From: Eledone cirrhosa
Taxonomy: Eukaryota
Direction of reading: 5' to 3'
DNA: 64,000 bases
NCBI GenBank assembly: GCA_964016885.1
Contig: OZ024741.1
Coordinates: forward strand, 335,730,001 to 335,794,000
Of the stretch, positions 11,801 through 26,624 are shown piece after piece. Made by a program: the position numbers and the translations under genes. The notes under the pieces were generated by a model. It was not told the origin of the DNA and did no database searches. It saw only the letters and a program-made list of their open reading frames with translations. Each line of letters opens with the position of its first letter. Position 1 is the first letter of the stretch.

Positions 11801-14800
11801 GTCTCTACTTGCAGTCACCCCACTGTCTCTACTTGCAGTCATCCCACTGTCTCTACTTGCAGTCACCCCACTGTCTCTACTTGCAGTCATCCCACTGTCT
11901 CTACTTGCAGTCATCTCACTGTCTCTATTTGTGGTCATCCCACTGTCTCTATTTGTGGTCACCCCACTGTCTCTACTTGCAGTCACCCCACTGTCTCTAC
12001 TTGCGGTCACCCCACTGTCTCTACTTGCAGTCACCCCACTGTCTCTACTTGCAGTCATCCCACTGTCTCTACTTGTGGTCACCCCACTGTCTCTACTTGC
12101 AGTCATCCCACTGTCTCTACTTGCGGTCACCCCACTGTCTCTACTTGCAGTCATCCCACTGTCTCTACTTGTCATCATCCCACTGTCTCTACCTGCAGTC
12201 ATCCCACTGTCTCTACTTGTGGCAACCCACTGACTCTACTTGCAGTCATCCCACTGTCTCTACTTGTCATCATCCCACTGTCTCTACTTGCAGTCATACC
12301 ACTGTCTCTACTTGTCGTCACCCCACTGTCTCTACTTGCAGTCACCCCACTGTCTCTACTTGCAGTCATCCTACTGTCTCTACTTGCAGTCATCCCACTG
12401 TCTCTACTTGCAGTCATCCCACTGTCTCTACTTGTGGTCATCCCACTGTCTCTACTTGTGGTCATCCCACAGTCTCTACTTGCAGTCATCCCACTGTCTC
12501 TACTTGTGCTGACCCCACTGTCTCTACTTGCAGTCATCCCACTGTCTCTACTTGTGGTGACCCCACTGTCTCTACTTGCAGTCATCCCACTGTCTCTACT
12601 TGCAGTCATCCCACTGTCTCTACTTGCAGTCATCCCACTGTCTCTACTTGCAGTCACCCCACTGTCTCTACTTGCAGTCATCCCACTGTCTCTACTTGTG
12701 GTCACCCCACTGTCTCTACTTGCAGTCACCCCACTGTCTCTACTTGCAGTCACCCCACTGTCTCTACTTGCAGTCACTCCACTGTCTCTACTTGCAGTCA
12801 CCCTACTGTCTCTACTTGCAGTCATCCCACTGTCTCTACTTGCAGTCATCCCACTGTCTCTACTTGCAGTCATCCCACTGTCTCTATTTGTGGTCACCCT
12901 ACTGTCTCTACTTGCAGTCATCCCACTGTCTCTATTTGTGGTCATCCCACTGTCTCTACTTGTGGTCACCCCACTGTCTCTACTTGCAGTCATCCCACTG
13001 TCTCTACTAGCAGTCACCCCACTGTCTCTACTTGCAGTCATCCCACTGTCTCTACTTGTGGTCACCCCACTGTCTCTACTTGCAGTCATCCCACTGTCTC
13101 TACTTGTCATCATCCCACTGTCTTTACTTGCAGTCATCCCACTGTCTCTACTTGCAGTCATCCCACTGTCTCTACTTGCAGTCATCCCACTGTCTCTATT
13201 TGTGGTCACCCTACTGTCTCTACTTGCAGTCATCCCACTGTCTCTATTTGTGGTCATCCCACTGTCTCTACTTGTGGTCACCCCACTGTCTCTACATGCA
13301 GTCATCCCACTGTCTCTACTAGCAGTCACCCCACTGTCTCTACTTGCAGTCATCCCACTGTCTCTACTTGTGGTCACCCCACTGTCTCTACTTGAGGTCA
13401 TCCCACTGTCTCTACTTGTCATCATCCCACTGTCTTTACTTGCAGTCATCCCACTGTCTCTACTTGTGGTCACCCCACTGTCTCTACTTGCAGTCACCCC
13501 ACTGTCTCTACTTGCAGTCACCCCACTGTCTCTACTTGCAGTCATCCCACTGTCTCTACTTGCAGTCACCCCACTGTCTCTACTTGCAGTCATCCCACTG
13601 TCTCTACTTGTGGTCACCCCACTGTCTCTACTTGCAGTCATCCCACTGTCTCTACTAGCAGTCACCCCACTGTCTCTACTTGCAGTCATCCCACTGTCTC
13701 TACTTGTGGTCACCCCACTGTCTCTACTTGCAGTCATCCCACTGTCTCTACTTGTCATCATCCCACTGTCTTTACTTGCAGTCATCCCACTGTCTCTACT
13801 TGTGGTCACCCCACTGTCTCTACTTGCAGTCATCCCACTGTCTCTACTTGTGGTCACCCCACTGTCTCTACTTGCAGTCACCCCACTGTCTCTACTTGCA
13901 GTCACCCCACTGTCTCTACTTGCAGTCATCCCACTGTCTCTACTTGCAGTCACCCCACTGTCTCTACTTGCAGTCATCCCACTGTCTCTACTTGCAGTCA
14001 TCCCACTGTCTCTACTTGCAGTCATCCCACTGTCTCTACTTGCAGTCATCCCACTGTCTCTACTTGCAGTCATACAACTGTCTCTACTTGCAGTCATCCC
14101 ACTGTCTCTATTTGTGGTCATCCCACTGTCTCTACTTGCAGTCACCCCACTGTCTCTACTTGCAGTCACCCCACTGTCTCTACTTCCAGTCACCCCACTG
14201 TCTCTACTTGCAGTCATCCCACTGTCTCTACTTGCAGTCACCCTACTGTCTCTACTTGCGGTCATCCCACTGTCTCTACTTGCAGTCATCCCACTGTCTT
14301 TATTTGTGGTCATCCCACTGTCTCTACTTGCAGTCATCCCACTGTCTCTACTTGCAGTCATCCCACTGTTTCTACTAGCAGTCATCCCACTGTCTCTACT
14401 TGCAGTCATCCCACTGTCTCTACTTGTCATCATCCCACTGTCTCTACTTGCAGTCATACCACTGTCTCTACTTGTCGTCACCCCACTGTCTCTACTTGCA
14501 GTCACCCCACTGTCTCTACTTGCAGTCATCCTACTGTCTCTACTTGCAGTCATCCCACTGTCTCTACTTGCAGTCATCCCACTGTCTCTACTTGTGGTCA
14601 TCCCACTGTCTCTACTTGTGGTGACCCCACTGTCTCTACTTGCAGTCATCCCACTGTCTCTACTTGCAGTCATCCCACTGTCTCTACTTGCAGTCATCCC
14701 ACTGTCTCTACTTGCAGTCACCCCACTGTCTCTACTTGCAGTCATCCCACTGTCTCTACTTGTGGTCACCCCACTGTCTCTACTTGCAGTCACCCCACTG

Positions 14801-17800
14801 TCTCTACTTGCAGTCACCCCACTGTCTCTACTTGCAGTCACTCCACTGTCTCTACTTGCAGTCACCCTACTGTCTCTACTTGCAGTCATCCCACTGTCTC
14901 TACTTGCAGTCATCCCACTGTCTCTACTTGCAGTCATCCCACTGTCTCTATTTGTGGTCACCCTACTGTCTCTACTTGCAGTCATCCCACTGTCTCTATT
15001 TGTGGTCATCCCACTGTCTCTACTTGTGGTCACCCCACTGTCTCTACTTGCAGTCATCCCACTGTCTCTACTAGCAGTCACCCCACTGTCTCTACTTGCA
15101 GTCATCCCACTGTCTCTACTTGTGGTCACCCCACTGTCTCTACTTGCAGTCATCCCACTGTCTCTACTTGTCATCATCCCACTGTCTTTACTTGCAGTCA
15201 TCCCACTGTCTCTACTTGCAGTCATCCCACTGTCTCTACTTGCAGTCATCCCACTGTCTCTATTTGTGGTCACCTTACTGTCTCTACTTGCAGTCATCCC
15301 ACTGTCTCTATTTGTGGTCATCCCACTGTCTCTACTTGTGGTCACCCCACTGTCTCTACATGCAGTCATCCCACTGTCTCTACTAGCAGTCACCCCACTG
15401 TCTCTACTTGCAGTCATCCCACTGTCTCTACTTGTGGTCACCCCACTGTCTCTACTTGAGGTCATCCCACTGTCTCTTCTTGTCATCATCCCACTGTCTT
15501 TACTTGCAGTCATCCCACTGTCTCTACTTGTGGTCACCCCACTGTCTCTACTTGCAGTCACCCCACTGTCTCTACTTGCAGTCACCCCACTGTCTCTACT
15601 TGCAGTCATCCCACTGTCTCTACTTGCAGTCACCCCACTGTCTCTACTTGCAGTCATCCCACTGTCTCTACTTGTGGTCACCCCACTGTCTCTACTTGCA
15701 GTCATCCCACTGTCTCTACTAGCAGTCACCCCACTGTCTCTACTTGCAGTCATCCCACTGTCTCTACTTGTGGTCACCCCACTGTCTCTACTTGCAGTCA
15801 TCCCACTGTCTCTACTTGTCATCATCCCACTGTCTTTACTTGCAGTCATCCCACTGTCTCTACTTGTGGTCACCCCACTGTCTCTACTTGCAGTCATCCC
15901 ACTGTCTCTACTTGTGGTCACCCCACTGTCTCTACTTGCAGTCACCCCACTGTCTCTACTTGCAGTCACCCCACTGTCTCTACTTGCAGTCATCCCACTG
16001 TCTCTACTTGCAGTCACCCCACTGTCTCTACTTGCAGTCATCCCACTGTCTCTACTTGCAGTCATCCCACTGTCTCTACTTGCAGTCATCCCACTGTCTC
16101 TACTTGCAGTCATCCCACTGTCTCTACTTGCAGTCATCCCACTGTCTCTATTTGTGGTCATCCCACTGTCTCTACTTGCAGTCACCCCACTGTCTCTACT
16201 TGCAGTCCTCCCACTGTCTCTACTTGCAGTCACCCTACTGTCTCTACTTGCGGTCATCCCACTGTCTCTACTTGCAGTCATCCCACTGTCTTTATTTGTG
16301 GTCATCCCACTGTCTCTACTTGCAGTCATCCCACTGTCTCTACTTGCAGTCATCCCACTGTCTCTACTTGCAGTCATGCCACTGTCTCTACTTGCAGTCA
16401 CCCCACTGTCTCTACTTGCAGTCATCCCACTGTCTCTACTTGCAGTCATCCCACTGTCTCTACTTGCAGTCACCCCACTGTCTCTACTTGCAGTCATCCC
16501 ACTGTTTCTACTAGCAGTCATCCCACTGTCTCTACTTGCAGTCATCCCACTGTCTCTACTTGTGGTCACCCTACTGTCTCTACTTGCAGTCATCCCACTG
16601 TCTCTACTTGAAGTCATCCCACTGTCTCTACTTGCAGTCATCCCACTGTCTCTACTTGCAGTCATCCCACTGTCTCTAGTTGTGGTCATACCACTGTCTC
16701 TACTTGCAGTCACCCCACTGTCTCTACTTGCAATCACCCCACTGTCTCTACTTGCAGTCACCCCACTGTCTCTACTTGCAGTCAGCCCACTGTCTCTACT
16801 TGCAGTCACCCCACTGTCTCTACTTCCAGTCATCCCACTGTCTCTACTTGAAGTCATCCCACTGTCTCTACTTGCAGTCATCCCACTGTCTCTACTTGCA
16901 GTCATCCCACTGTCTTTATTTGTGGTCATCCCACTGTCTCTACTTGCAGTCATCCCACTGTCTCTACTTGCAGTCATCCCACTGTCTCTACTTGCAGTCA
17001 TCCCACTGTCTCTATTTGTGGTCATCCCACTGTCTCTACTTGCAGTCACCCCACTGTCTCTACTTGCAGTCATCCCACTGTCTCTACTTGTGGTCACCCC
17101 ACTGTCTCTACTTGCAGTCATCCCACTGTCGCTACTTGTCATCATCCCACTGTCTTTACTTGCAGTCATCCCACTGTCTCTACTTGTGGTCACCCCACTG
17201 TCTCTACTTCCAGTCATCCCACGGTCTCTACTTGTGGTCACCCCACTGTCTCTACTTGCAGTCATCCCACTGTCTCTACTTGCAGTCACCCCACTGTCTC
17301 TACTTGCAGTCATCCCACTGTCTCTACTTGCAGTCACCCCACTGTCTCTACTTGCAGTCATCCCACTGTCTCTACTTGCAGTCATCCCACTGTCTCTACT
17401 TGCAGTCATCCCACTGTCTCTACTTGCAGTCATACAACTGTCTCTACTTGCAGTCATACAACTGTCTCTACTTGCAGTCATCCCACTGTCTCTATTTGTG
17501 GTCATCCCACTGTCTCTACTTGCAGTCACCCCACTGTCTCTATTTGCAGTCACCCCACTGTCTTTACTTGCAGCCACCCCACTGTCTCTTGCAGTCATCC
17601 CACTGTCTCTACTTGCAGTCACCCTACTGTCTCTACTTGCGGTCATCCCGCTGTCTCTACTTGAAGTCACCCCACTGTCTCTACTTGTGGTGACCCCACT
17701 GTCTCTACTTGCAGTCACCCCACTGTCTCTACTTGCAGTCACCCCACTGTCTCTACTTTCAGTCACCCCACTGTCTCTACTTGCAGTCACCCCACTGTCT

Positions 17801-20092
17801 CTACTTGCAGTCATCCCACTGTCTCTACTTGAAGTCATCCAACTGTCTCTACTTGCAGTCATCCCACTGTCTCTACTTGCAGTCATCCCACTGTCTTTAT
17901 TTGTGGTCATCCCACTGTCTCTACTTGCAGTCATCCCACTGTCTCTACTTGCAGTCATGCCACTGTCTCTACTTGCAGTCATCCCACTGTCTCTACTTGC
18001 AGTCATGCCACTGTCTCTACTTGCAGTCATCCCACTGTCTCTACTTGCAGTCATCCCACTGTCTCTACTTGCAGTCACCCCACTGTCTCTACTTGCAGTC
18101 ATCCCACTGTTTCTACTTGCAGTCATCCCACTGTCTCTACTTGCAGTCATCCCACTGTCTCTACTTGTGGTCACCCTACTGTCTCTACTTGCAGTCATCC
18201 CACTGTCTCTACTTGAAGTCATCCCACTGTCTCTACTTGCAGTCATCCCACTGTCTCTACTTGCAGTCATCCCACTGTCTCTAGTTGTGGTCATACCACT
18301 GTCTCTACTTGCAGTCACCCCACTGTCTCTACTTGCAGTCACCCCACTGTCTCTACTTGCAGTCAGCCCACTGTCTCTACTAGCAGTCACCCCACTGTCT
18401 CTACTTGCAGTCACCCCACTGTCTCTACTTGCAGTCATCCCACTGTCTCTACTTGAAGTCATCCCACTGTCTCTACTTGCAGTCATCCCACTGTCTCTAC
18501 TTGCAGTCATCCCACTGTCTTTATTTGTGGTCATCCCACTGACTCTACTTGCAGTCATCCCACTGTCTCTACTTGCAGTCATCCCACTGTCTCTACTTGC
18601 AGTCATCCCACTGTCTCTATTTGTGGTCATCCCACTGTCTCTACTTGCAGTCATCCCACTGTCTCTACTTGCAGTCATCCCACTGTCTCTACTTGCAGTC
18701 ACCCCACTGTCTCTACTTGCAGTCATCCCACTGTCTCTACTAGCAGTCATCCCACTGTCTCTACTTGCAGTCACCCCACTGTCTCTACTTGCAGTCATCC
18801 CACTGTCTCCACTTGCAGTCATCCCACTGTCTATATTTGTGGTCATCCCACTGTTTCTACTTGCAGTCATCCCACTGTCTCTACTTGCAGTCATCCCACT
18901 GTCTCTACTTGCAGTCATCCCACTGTCTCTACTTGCAGTCATCCCACTGTCTATACTTGCAGCCATCCCACTCTCTCTACTTGCAGTCATCCCACTGTCT
19001 CTATTTGTGGTCATCCCACTGTTTCTACTTGCAGTCATCCCACTGTCTCTACTTGCAGTCATCCCACTGTCTCTACTTGCAGTCATCCCACTGTCTCTAC
19101 TTGCAGTCATCCCACTGTCTCTACTTGCAGTCACCCCACTGTCTCTACTTGCAGTCATCCCACTGTCTCTACTAGCAGTCATCCCACTGTCTCTACTTGC
19201 AGTCATCCCACTGTCTCTACTTGCAGTCATCCCACTGTCTCTACTTGCAGTCATCCCACTGTCTCTACTTGCAGTCATCCCACTGTCTCTACTTGCAGTC
19301 ATCCCACTGTCTCTACTTGCAGTCATCCCACTGTCTCTATTTGTGGTCATCCCACTGTTTCTACTTGCAGTCACCCCACTGTCTCTACTTGCAGTCACCC
19401 CACTGTTTCTACTTGCAGTCACCCCACTGTCTCTACTTGCAGTCATCCCACTGTCTCTACTTGCAGTCATCCCACTGTCTCTACTTGTGGTCATCCCACT
19501 GTCTCTAGTTGTGGTCATCCCACTGTTTCTACTTGCAGTCATCCCACTGTCTCTACTTGTGGTCATCCCACTGTCTCTAGTTGTGGTCATCCCACTGTCT
19601 CTACTTGCAGTCATCCCACTGTCTCTACTAGCAGTCACCCCACTGTCTCTACTTGCAGTCACCCCACTGTCTCTACTTGCAGTCATCCCACTGTCTCTAC
19701 TTGCAGTCATCCCACTGTCTCTACTTGCAGTCATCCCACTGTCTCTACTTGCAGTCATCCCACTGTCTCTACTTGCAGTCATCCCACTGTCTCTACTTGC
19801 AGTCATCCCACTGTCTCTACTTGCAGTCATCCCACTGTCTCTACTTGCAGTCATCCCACTGTCTCTATTTGTGGTCATCCCACTGTTTCTACTTGCAGTC
19901 ACCCCACTGTCTCTACTTGCAGTCACCCCACTGTTTCTACTTGCAGTCACCCCACTGTCTCTACTTGCAGTCATCCCACTGTCTCTACTTGCAGTCATCC
20001 CACTGTCTCTACTTGCAGTCATCCCACTGTCTCTACTTGCAGTCATCCCACTGTCTCTACTTGTGGTCATCCCACTGTCTCTAGTTGCAGCC
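8894..20092. repeat. 11.2-kb satellite array, 24-bp unit CCACTGTCTCTACTTGCAGTCATC (~465 copies) with higher-order duplications
   Basis: Continuous 24-nt periodicity; diagnostic variant units recur at offsets of 1152, 1248, 2064 and 2160 nt. Confidence 0.98.
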
Positions 20093-20429
20093 AGGCCACA
20101 GGAATAGGAATCCTCTTACAGCTACTTAACTAGAAAAGTTAGAATCAGAAGCAGGCACTGATTTTACTCATTTGCATATCAGTGCATCATTCATTACACT
20201 TACAGTATGTAATGAAATAACTGACACACTTATACAGTTTAATTTCTCTTCTCTTTCTCTTTCTGTCTTTACTTCTCTCTCCTTCCCCAGTCTCTCTCTC
20301 TTACCTCTCACTCTCTCTCCTCTCTCTCTTTTCTCTATCTCTCTCCTCCTATCTCCCCATCTCCACCTCTCTTTATAAGCACTTGAGTTCTTTTATTTTA
20401 CACAGACAGCCATTATATTTTGTCGTTAA

Positions 20430-20650
20430 GGGTGTGATGCATTGACAGTAATCGGTAGAGCGTCTGACAACATGCTTTGTGGCATATAGTTACAATTCTG
20501 ACATTTTGCATTCAAATTCTGCCAAAGTTAGCTTTGCTTTTCACTCTTATGGGCTCAATAAAATAATACCAGTAACACACCATGGCCAATTTAATCAACT
20601 TTTCTGTTCCCTCAAATTGCTGGCCTTGTGCCAAATGTAGAAACAATAAT
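20430..20650 (+). mobile_element. Diverged SINE family A copy
   Basis: cagtaatcggtagagcg...ttcaaattctgccaaagttagctttgcttttcac...ttgctggccttgtgccaaatgtagaaacaat. Confidence 0.7.
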
Positions 20651-20737
20651 ATTTTGTCTTTATTTATCACTATTTCTGACATTGTGTGTAAAATTTGGTA
20701 AATATAACCATTATTTTATGTTTCATCTTCGTATATG

Positions 20738-21736
<999 letters not shown>

Positions 21737-22964
21737 CACATACATATATAGCAATACACTTGTTTAGAATTTTGATTCCATCTATTTATATATATATACA
21801 TAGATAAACAATTCTGTAGATATTCTTTTGTCAGATTATTGAAATGTTGTTCTCAGTATAGTTTTATTCCTTATAAAACTCTGGAGATCACCTATATATC
21901 CTTTTGCAAACCATTTCTCTCTGTATTAAAGTAGCTTTTTATTCTCTCAGTCACTGAAGCATTCCAGCAACCAGCCTTACTTGCCAATCACTCTTACATT
22001 TTAAGGTGGTAGTTTTAACCTTTATAAATATATATATACATACATATATATATATATATATATAAAGCAAAGAAACAATATTCTGAGAAATACTGTTAAA
22101 GAATGATAAAACTTTGTGATGCTGTGAGAATGAAGTGTTGGAAGTGCCGTTTCCGAAAATCTTTAAATGTGACCAGAATAAATTCTTTTCTAAATGCAAG
22201 TATGATAGTAATCAATATACATGTCTCATGTTTTGGAAATACATAATATCAAGCATAACCATTCTAGCTGTCTGGAAGCCTGCTTTAGAAGGTAGAACTA
22301 TATTAGAGAAAACATTGCATGTCAGTGAAGAGAATATATTGTGAATAGCTTTTGCCCTCCTCCCTGCCTAGTTATTAGTGACAAAAAAAAAGAGGAAAAA
22401 AAATGTCTGAATTTGATCCAGTAATAATCACCACAGATTTACATGTTTGAGCTCTCTTTTTTTTTATCGTATTTATTTCTTTTTCTTTTCTCAGTCAACA
22501 GTAGATGTTGAGTATCATTGCTATGATATTGAACGAATGCTGTTCATGTGTGCTTCTGATACGTTACTACTTGCATTGTTGTTGTTTCCAAAGAAATAAA
22601 TTCTAGCAGGGGATAAAGAATAAGTAATCTTAGGATTTTACTCTATTACACAGAGAGAGAAATATGAATATCTGCTGCTTTCTTCCATTTCGTCTAAATC
22701 CTCTTCTTCTATTTCACATCAGTAGATGTTTTATTTTATTACACATTGAAATATATATCTTACTACTACAGTTCACTAGAAATATTTCCTCTTCGTATTT
22801 TATGGATCAAATTCTGAAATTTGAAATAGCTAAGAATTATTTCAGTTTTATGGATATCTTTTGTTTTTAAAGTCTTTTGTTTTGATTTATTTAATGTTAA
22901 AGAACATTTTTGTTAAGTCATGCAGTAAAAACCAGTTTCTATTATATATTTGTGCAAATAGTTA

Positions 22965-22996
22965 TTTTCATTTCTTTTTTTTCTTTTTTCTTGCAG
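22965..22996 (+). promoter_or_regulatory. Splice acceptor of a 5'-UTR intron of the protocadherin
   Basis: Long polypyrimidine tract tttcttttttttcttttttcttgcAG|G, 50 nt upstream of the ATG. Confidence 0.7.
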
Positions 22997-23046
22997 GTTT
23001 TATTGATCTTTTTCACTGAATCGGTCTTACACTCAATCCTGGTGAC

Positions 23047-25371
23047 ATGTTGACACATATATGTGTCATATTGATTTATCTACACATCTGTATCTGTGAG
23101 GATTTTACCTACCACATCAGGGAAGGTGAAAGTCCTGGTACATTGCTTGGTAATGTCGCTATTGATACACATCTAATGGATAACATCTCATCGAAAGAGC
23201 ACAGTATAATCAAATTCAGCCAACTAGAAAAAGGAACAGGAAGCAGTTCCCAGTTGTTTAATGTTTCTAAAAGAGGAGAATTGTATACTGCCAAGATATT
23301 AGATGCTGAGAATCTCTGTAAATATAATGTTAAATGTTTCAAAATGGTGGATATTGCAGTACGCACAGGAAAATCATTTCTCATGGTGCTTGAAATCAAA
23401 GTAAGAATCGAAGATATTAATGACCACCAACCTGAGTTTCCTGAAAAAGTAGTCAGTCTTCATTTTGCTGAAACAGATAGGAAAGGAACAAAAAAATCAA
23501 TTCCACATGCTGTGGATAAAGATGTTAGTATCATAAATTCACAGATCACCTATGAATTAATAAAAAATGAGGATGACCCATTCACATTAGCTGTTTCCAG
23601 GAGAGTTGATGGTTCTTATTCACTTGGAGTGATTTTAAAAAGGGAATTAGACAGAGAAGTGAAAGATACATACATGCTGCAAGTAATTGCTAAAGATGGA
23701 GGGACTCCATCAAAACATGGTATCTTGGATGTTCAAATATCAGTCACAGATGAAAATGATAACCCACCAGTTTTTTCTCAAGACATTTACAATGTTACAG
23801 TGAATAACAGACAAGCAAAAGAGATACCAGTTCTTATCCTATCAGCTTCTGATTTAGATTCAGGTAAAAATGGAAATGTATCATACTATTTTAGTTCCAT
23901 GACATCTGATAGAGCAAAATCATTTTTTGAAATAAATAAAAATACTGGAGAAATCTTTCTTCGACAAACATTTAAACCAGAAAAGAAACAAACTTATAAA
24001 CTATTTATTGAAGCCAGAGATAATGGCAATCCTCCTCTCAGTTCTGTTGTACCAGTTGTGGTCAATATTATCAATAAACAAAATAATGCTCCAGTGATTG
24101 AAGTCAATTTTTCAGAATTAACTGGAAACACAGCAACTATTTCTGAAGCAATGGAAGTTGGCAGCTTCATTGCATATGTGAAAATTGTTGACAATGATAT
24201 TGGTTTGAATGGACAAGTGACATGTGACCTCCAGCATAATAAGTTCACACTTCAGAGTCTTGGTCAGAAGAGATACAAAGTATCAGTAACGCAGACTGTT
24301 GATAGAGAAAGTGAAAGTAAAATAAATTTTACAATTACTTGCAATGATAGAGGAAGTCCTTCTTTGAAAACAGAACACAAGTTTTCTCTTAAAGTAACTG
24401 ATGTCAACGATGTTAAACCACAATTTACTAAAGAAACATTTAAATTTTTAACATATGAAAATGAAAAACCTAATTTTCCTGTTGGTTTTATAAATGTTAC
24501 TGACTCTGATCTTGGATTAGGTAGTGATCTTTCATATTTTCTTTTTTCTAATATTAAATTTGCTCTTCCTTTTAAAATCTCTGATTTGGGATTTATTTCA
24601 ACAACTCAATCATTAGATCGCGAACAACAAGAAGTTTATAAATTCAAAGTTTTAGCGAAAGACAGTGGAACTCCTTCTTTGAGTAGTACAGCAAATATTG
24701 TTATTGAGGTTATGGATGAAAATGACAATGCACCATACTTTACATTTCCTAGTTTTGACCCTTTTAGTCTTGATGTTTTCTACCAACCAGAAAGTAAGAA
24801 TGATATAACAGTTCTGCGAGCCTCTGATAGAGATAGCCGGCAAAATTCCTTTCTTAAGTTTGAAATTGTTGAAGGAAATAGTAAAAATTTATTTTCTGTC
24901 AATCCATACACAGGTATCTTGTCTTTTTCGCGGATTGTTTACCAAAACGATGCTGGGTCATATGACCTTCTACTTAAAGTGAAAGACAGTGGTGCTCCTG
25001 TTTTATCAGCTACCACTACATTATCTTTAACTCTAACTGTCAGTAACAAAACATCAACCAAGATGACAGCAGTACAATTTCAATCAAATGATAAAATACA
25101 CATCAATTTATTCATCATAATCATTGTGGCAGCTGTGACAGTATCAGTTTTACTGGTTGTTTCCATTACTGTGTGTATTGTGAGGAGAAACAATCAAAGA
25201 AATACTCCATATCAGTGTGGAACACTTCCTCCTAAACAGCTAATGAATTGTGGCAGGCAGTCGGAATACTTTTGTGCAACACAACCATCATCTAAACATG
25301 AGCTTAGTCAGAAAGGAAGAGACTCAACTTTGGAAATTCATTCACAGCCATTTACAAAAGGAACTCATCAG
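23047..25371 (+). CDS. Protocadherin, large coding exon (signal peptide, EC1-EC6, TM, start of cytoplasmic tail)
   Basis: 795-aa ORF with DINDHQP, DENDNPP, DVNDVKP, DENDNAP linkers, (L/V)DRE and AxDxG motifs, EC1 C-x5-C, TM LFIIIIVAAVTVSVLLVVSITVCIV; phase-0 donor CAG|GTAATT at 25371/25372 after 775 codons. Confidence 0.96.
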
Positions 25372-26138
25372 GTAATTATAATAGCTATATATATTGTCCA
25401 TTTATTATCTTTGATGTGCTGTAAATTACAATAAAGACTCTATCTTAAATGCTGCGCTAATTTTCCTAATTGTTACTAATTTCACAATAATTATTAACAT
25501 GAAAGAGCTTGTCTAAGAGAGATTAGTGTTGAGGGAATAATTATGCTTGCATTACATATATGATAACATTTTCTGAACCTCTTTTTCTATATTAATATTG
25601 AATATATCATTTTCTTACATGTGTTTATGCGTTTTGATTTGGAATTTCTTGTTGTGTGTGTATATATATATACTTTTATATATACATATACTTCTTTATA
25701 TATATATATATATTACTTTTATATATTATCTGCTGTGAATTTAGATAATTTGATTGTAATGAGGTTCAATGGACTATAATGTTTATCTTTTATAATTCCT
25801 GATTAAAGAAAATATCCTAATGATTATGGTAATGCCAAAATATGGCAGTTAGAAAATCCATATTTGATGAGGAAGTTTCAAAGTTGAAAGAAAAGTTTGA
25901 ATGTTAACATTTAAAAGAAAACAATCACCATCACCACCGATATCACTACCAAGCCCCTCCACCACCACCACCATTGTCACCATTATCCCTACAATCAACA
26001 CCACCATCATTATCCTTACCATCCCTACCACCACCACCATTATCACCGCCATTGTCACCATTATCCCTACCATCTCCACCACCATTGTCATCATTATCCT
26101 TACCATCCCCACCACCACCATTATTACTACCATCCCCA

Positions 26139-26325
26139 AGGGCGGTGAATTGGCAGTATCGGTAGAAGGCTGGACGTCATGCTTTCTAGCATAGTTACGT
26201 CCCTTTATGGTCTGAGTTCAAATCCCGCCGAGGTTAACTTTGCCTTTCATCCTTACGGGGTCGATAAAATAAAGTACCAGTAATGTACTGGGATAATTGC
26301 TGGTCTTGTGCCAAGAGTAGAAACA
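26139..26325 (+). mobile_element. Young full-length SINE family A with 19-bp TSD
   Basis: TSD ATTATTACTACCATCCCCA at 26120-26138 and 26326-26344; A/B-box-like motifs. Confidence 0.88.
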
Positions 26326-26502
26326 ATTATTACTACCATCCCCACCACCACTACCATTATCACCACCATTGTCACCATTATCCCTACCATCATCACCTTC
26401 ACCATTATCACCACCATTGTCACCATTATCCCTACCATCATCACCTCCACCATTATCACCACCATTGTCACCATTATTCCTACCATTATTACCACCATCA
26501 CT

Positions 26503-26624
26503 TTGCCATTCTGAGTTCAAATCCCGCCGAGGTTAACTTTGCCTTTCATCCTTACGGGGTCAATAAAATAAAGTACCAGTAATGTACTGGGATAATTGCT
26601 GGTCTTGTGCCAAGAGTAGAAACA
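26503..26624 (+). mobile_element. 5'-truncated SINE family A with 18-bp TSD
   Basis: TSD ATTATTACCACCATCACT at 26485-26502 and 26625-26642; nearly identical to the 3' part of the 26139 copy. Confidence 0.85.

Noticed and set aside
8894-20092. CRISPR-like array
   Set aside because: Contiguous tandem units with no unique spacers, no cas genes, eukaryotic context
8798-20107. Giant ORFs (3173, 2623, 1141 aa; LSLLAVIP / SRDSGMTA / HPTVSTCS repeats) as a repetitive protein, including DSGxxxS degron-like repeats
   Set aside because: The unit is a multiple of 3. No codon of the LSLLAVIP frame, and only one of the SRDSGMTA frame, is one substitution from a stop, so long open frames are expected. Both strands are open, 1-nt indels shift frames at ~9275, 9777, 10523, 10929 and 12224, and common variants are mostly non-synonymous
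23109-24843. Antisense ORFs over the protocadherin (and over the RTE ORFs)
   Set aside because: Shadow frames of the real coding strand with no recognisable motifs
25849-26582. His-rich, Thr-rich or Gly-Asp-rich ORFs
   Set aside because: Translations of an intronic (ACC/ATC)n minisatellite interrupted by SINEs
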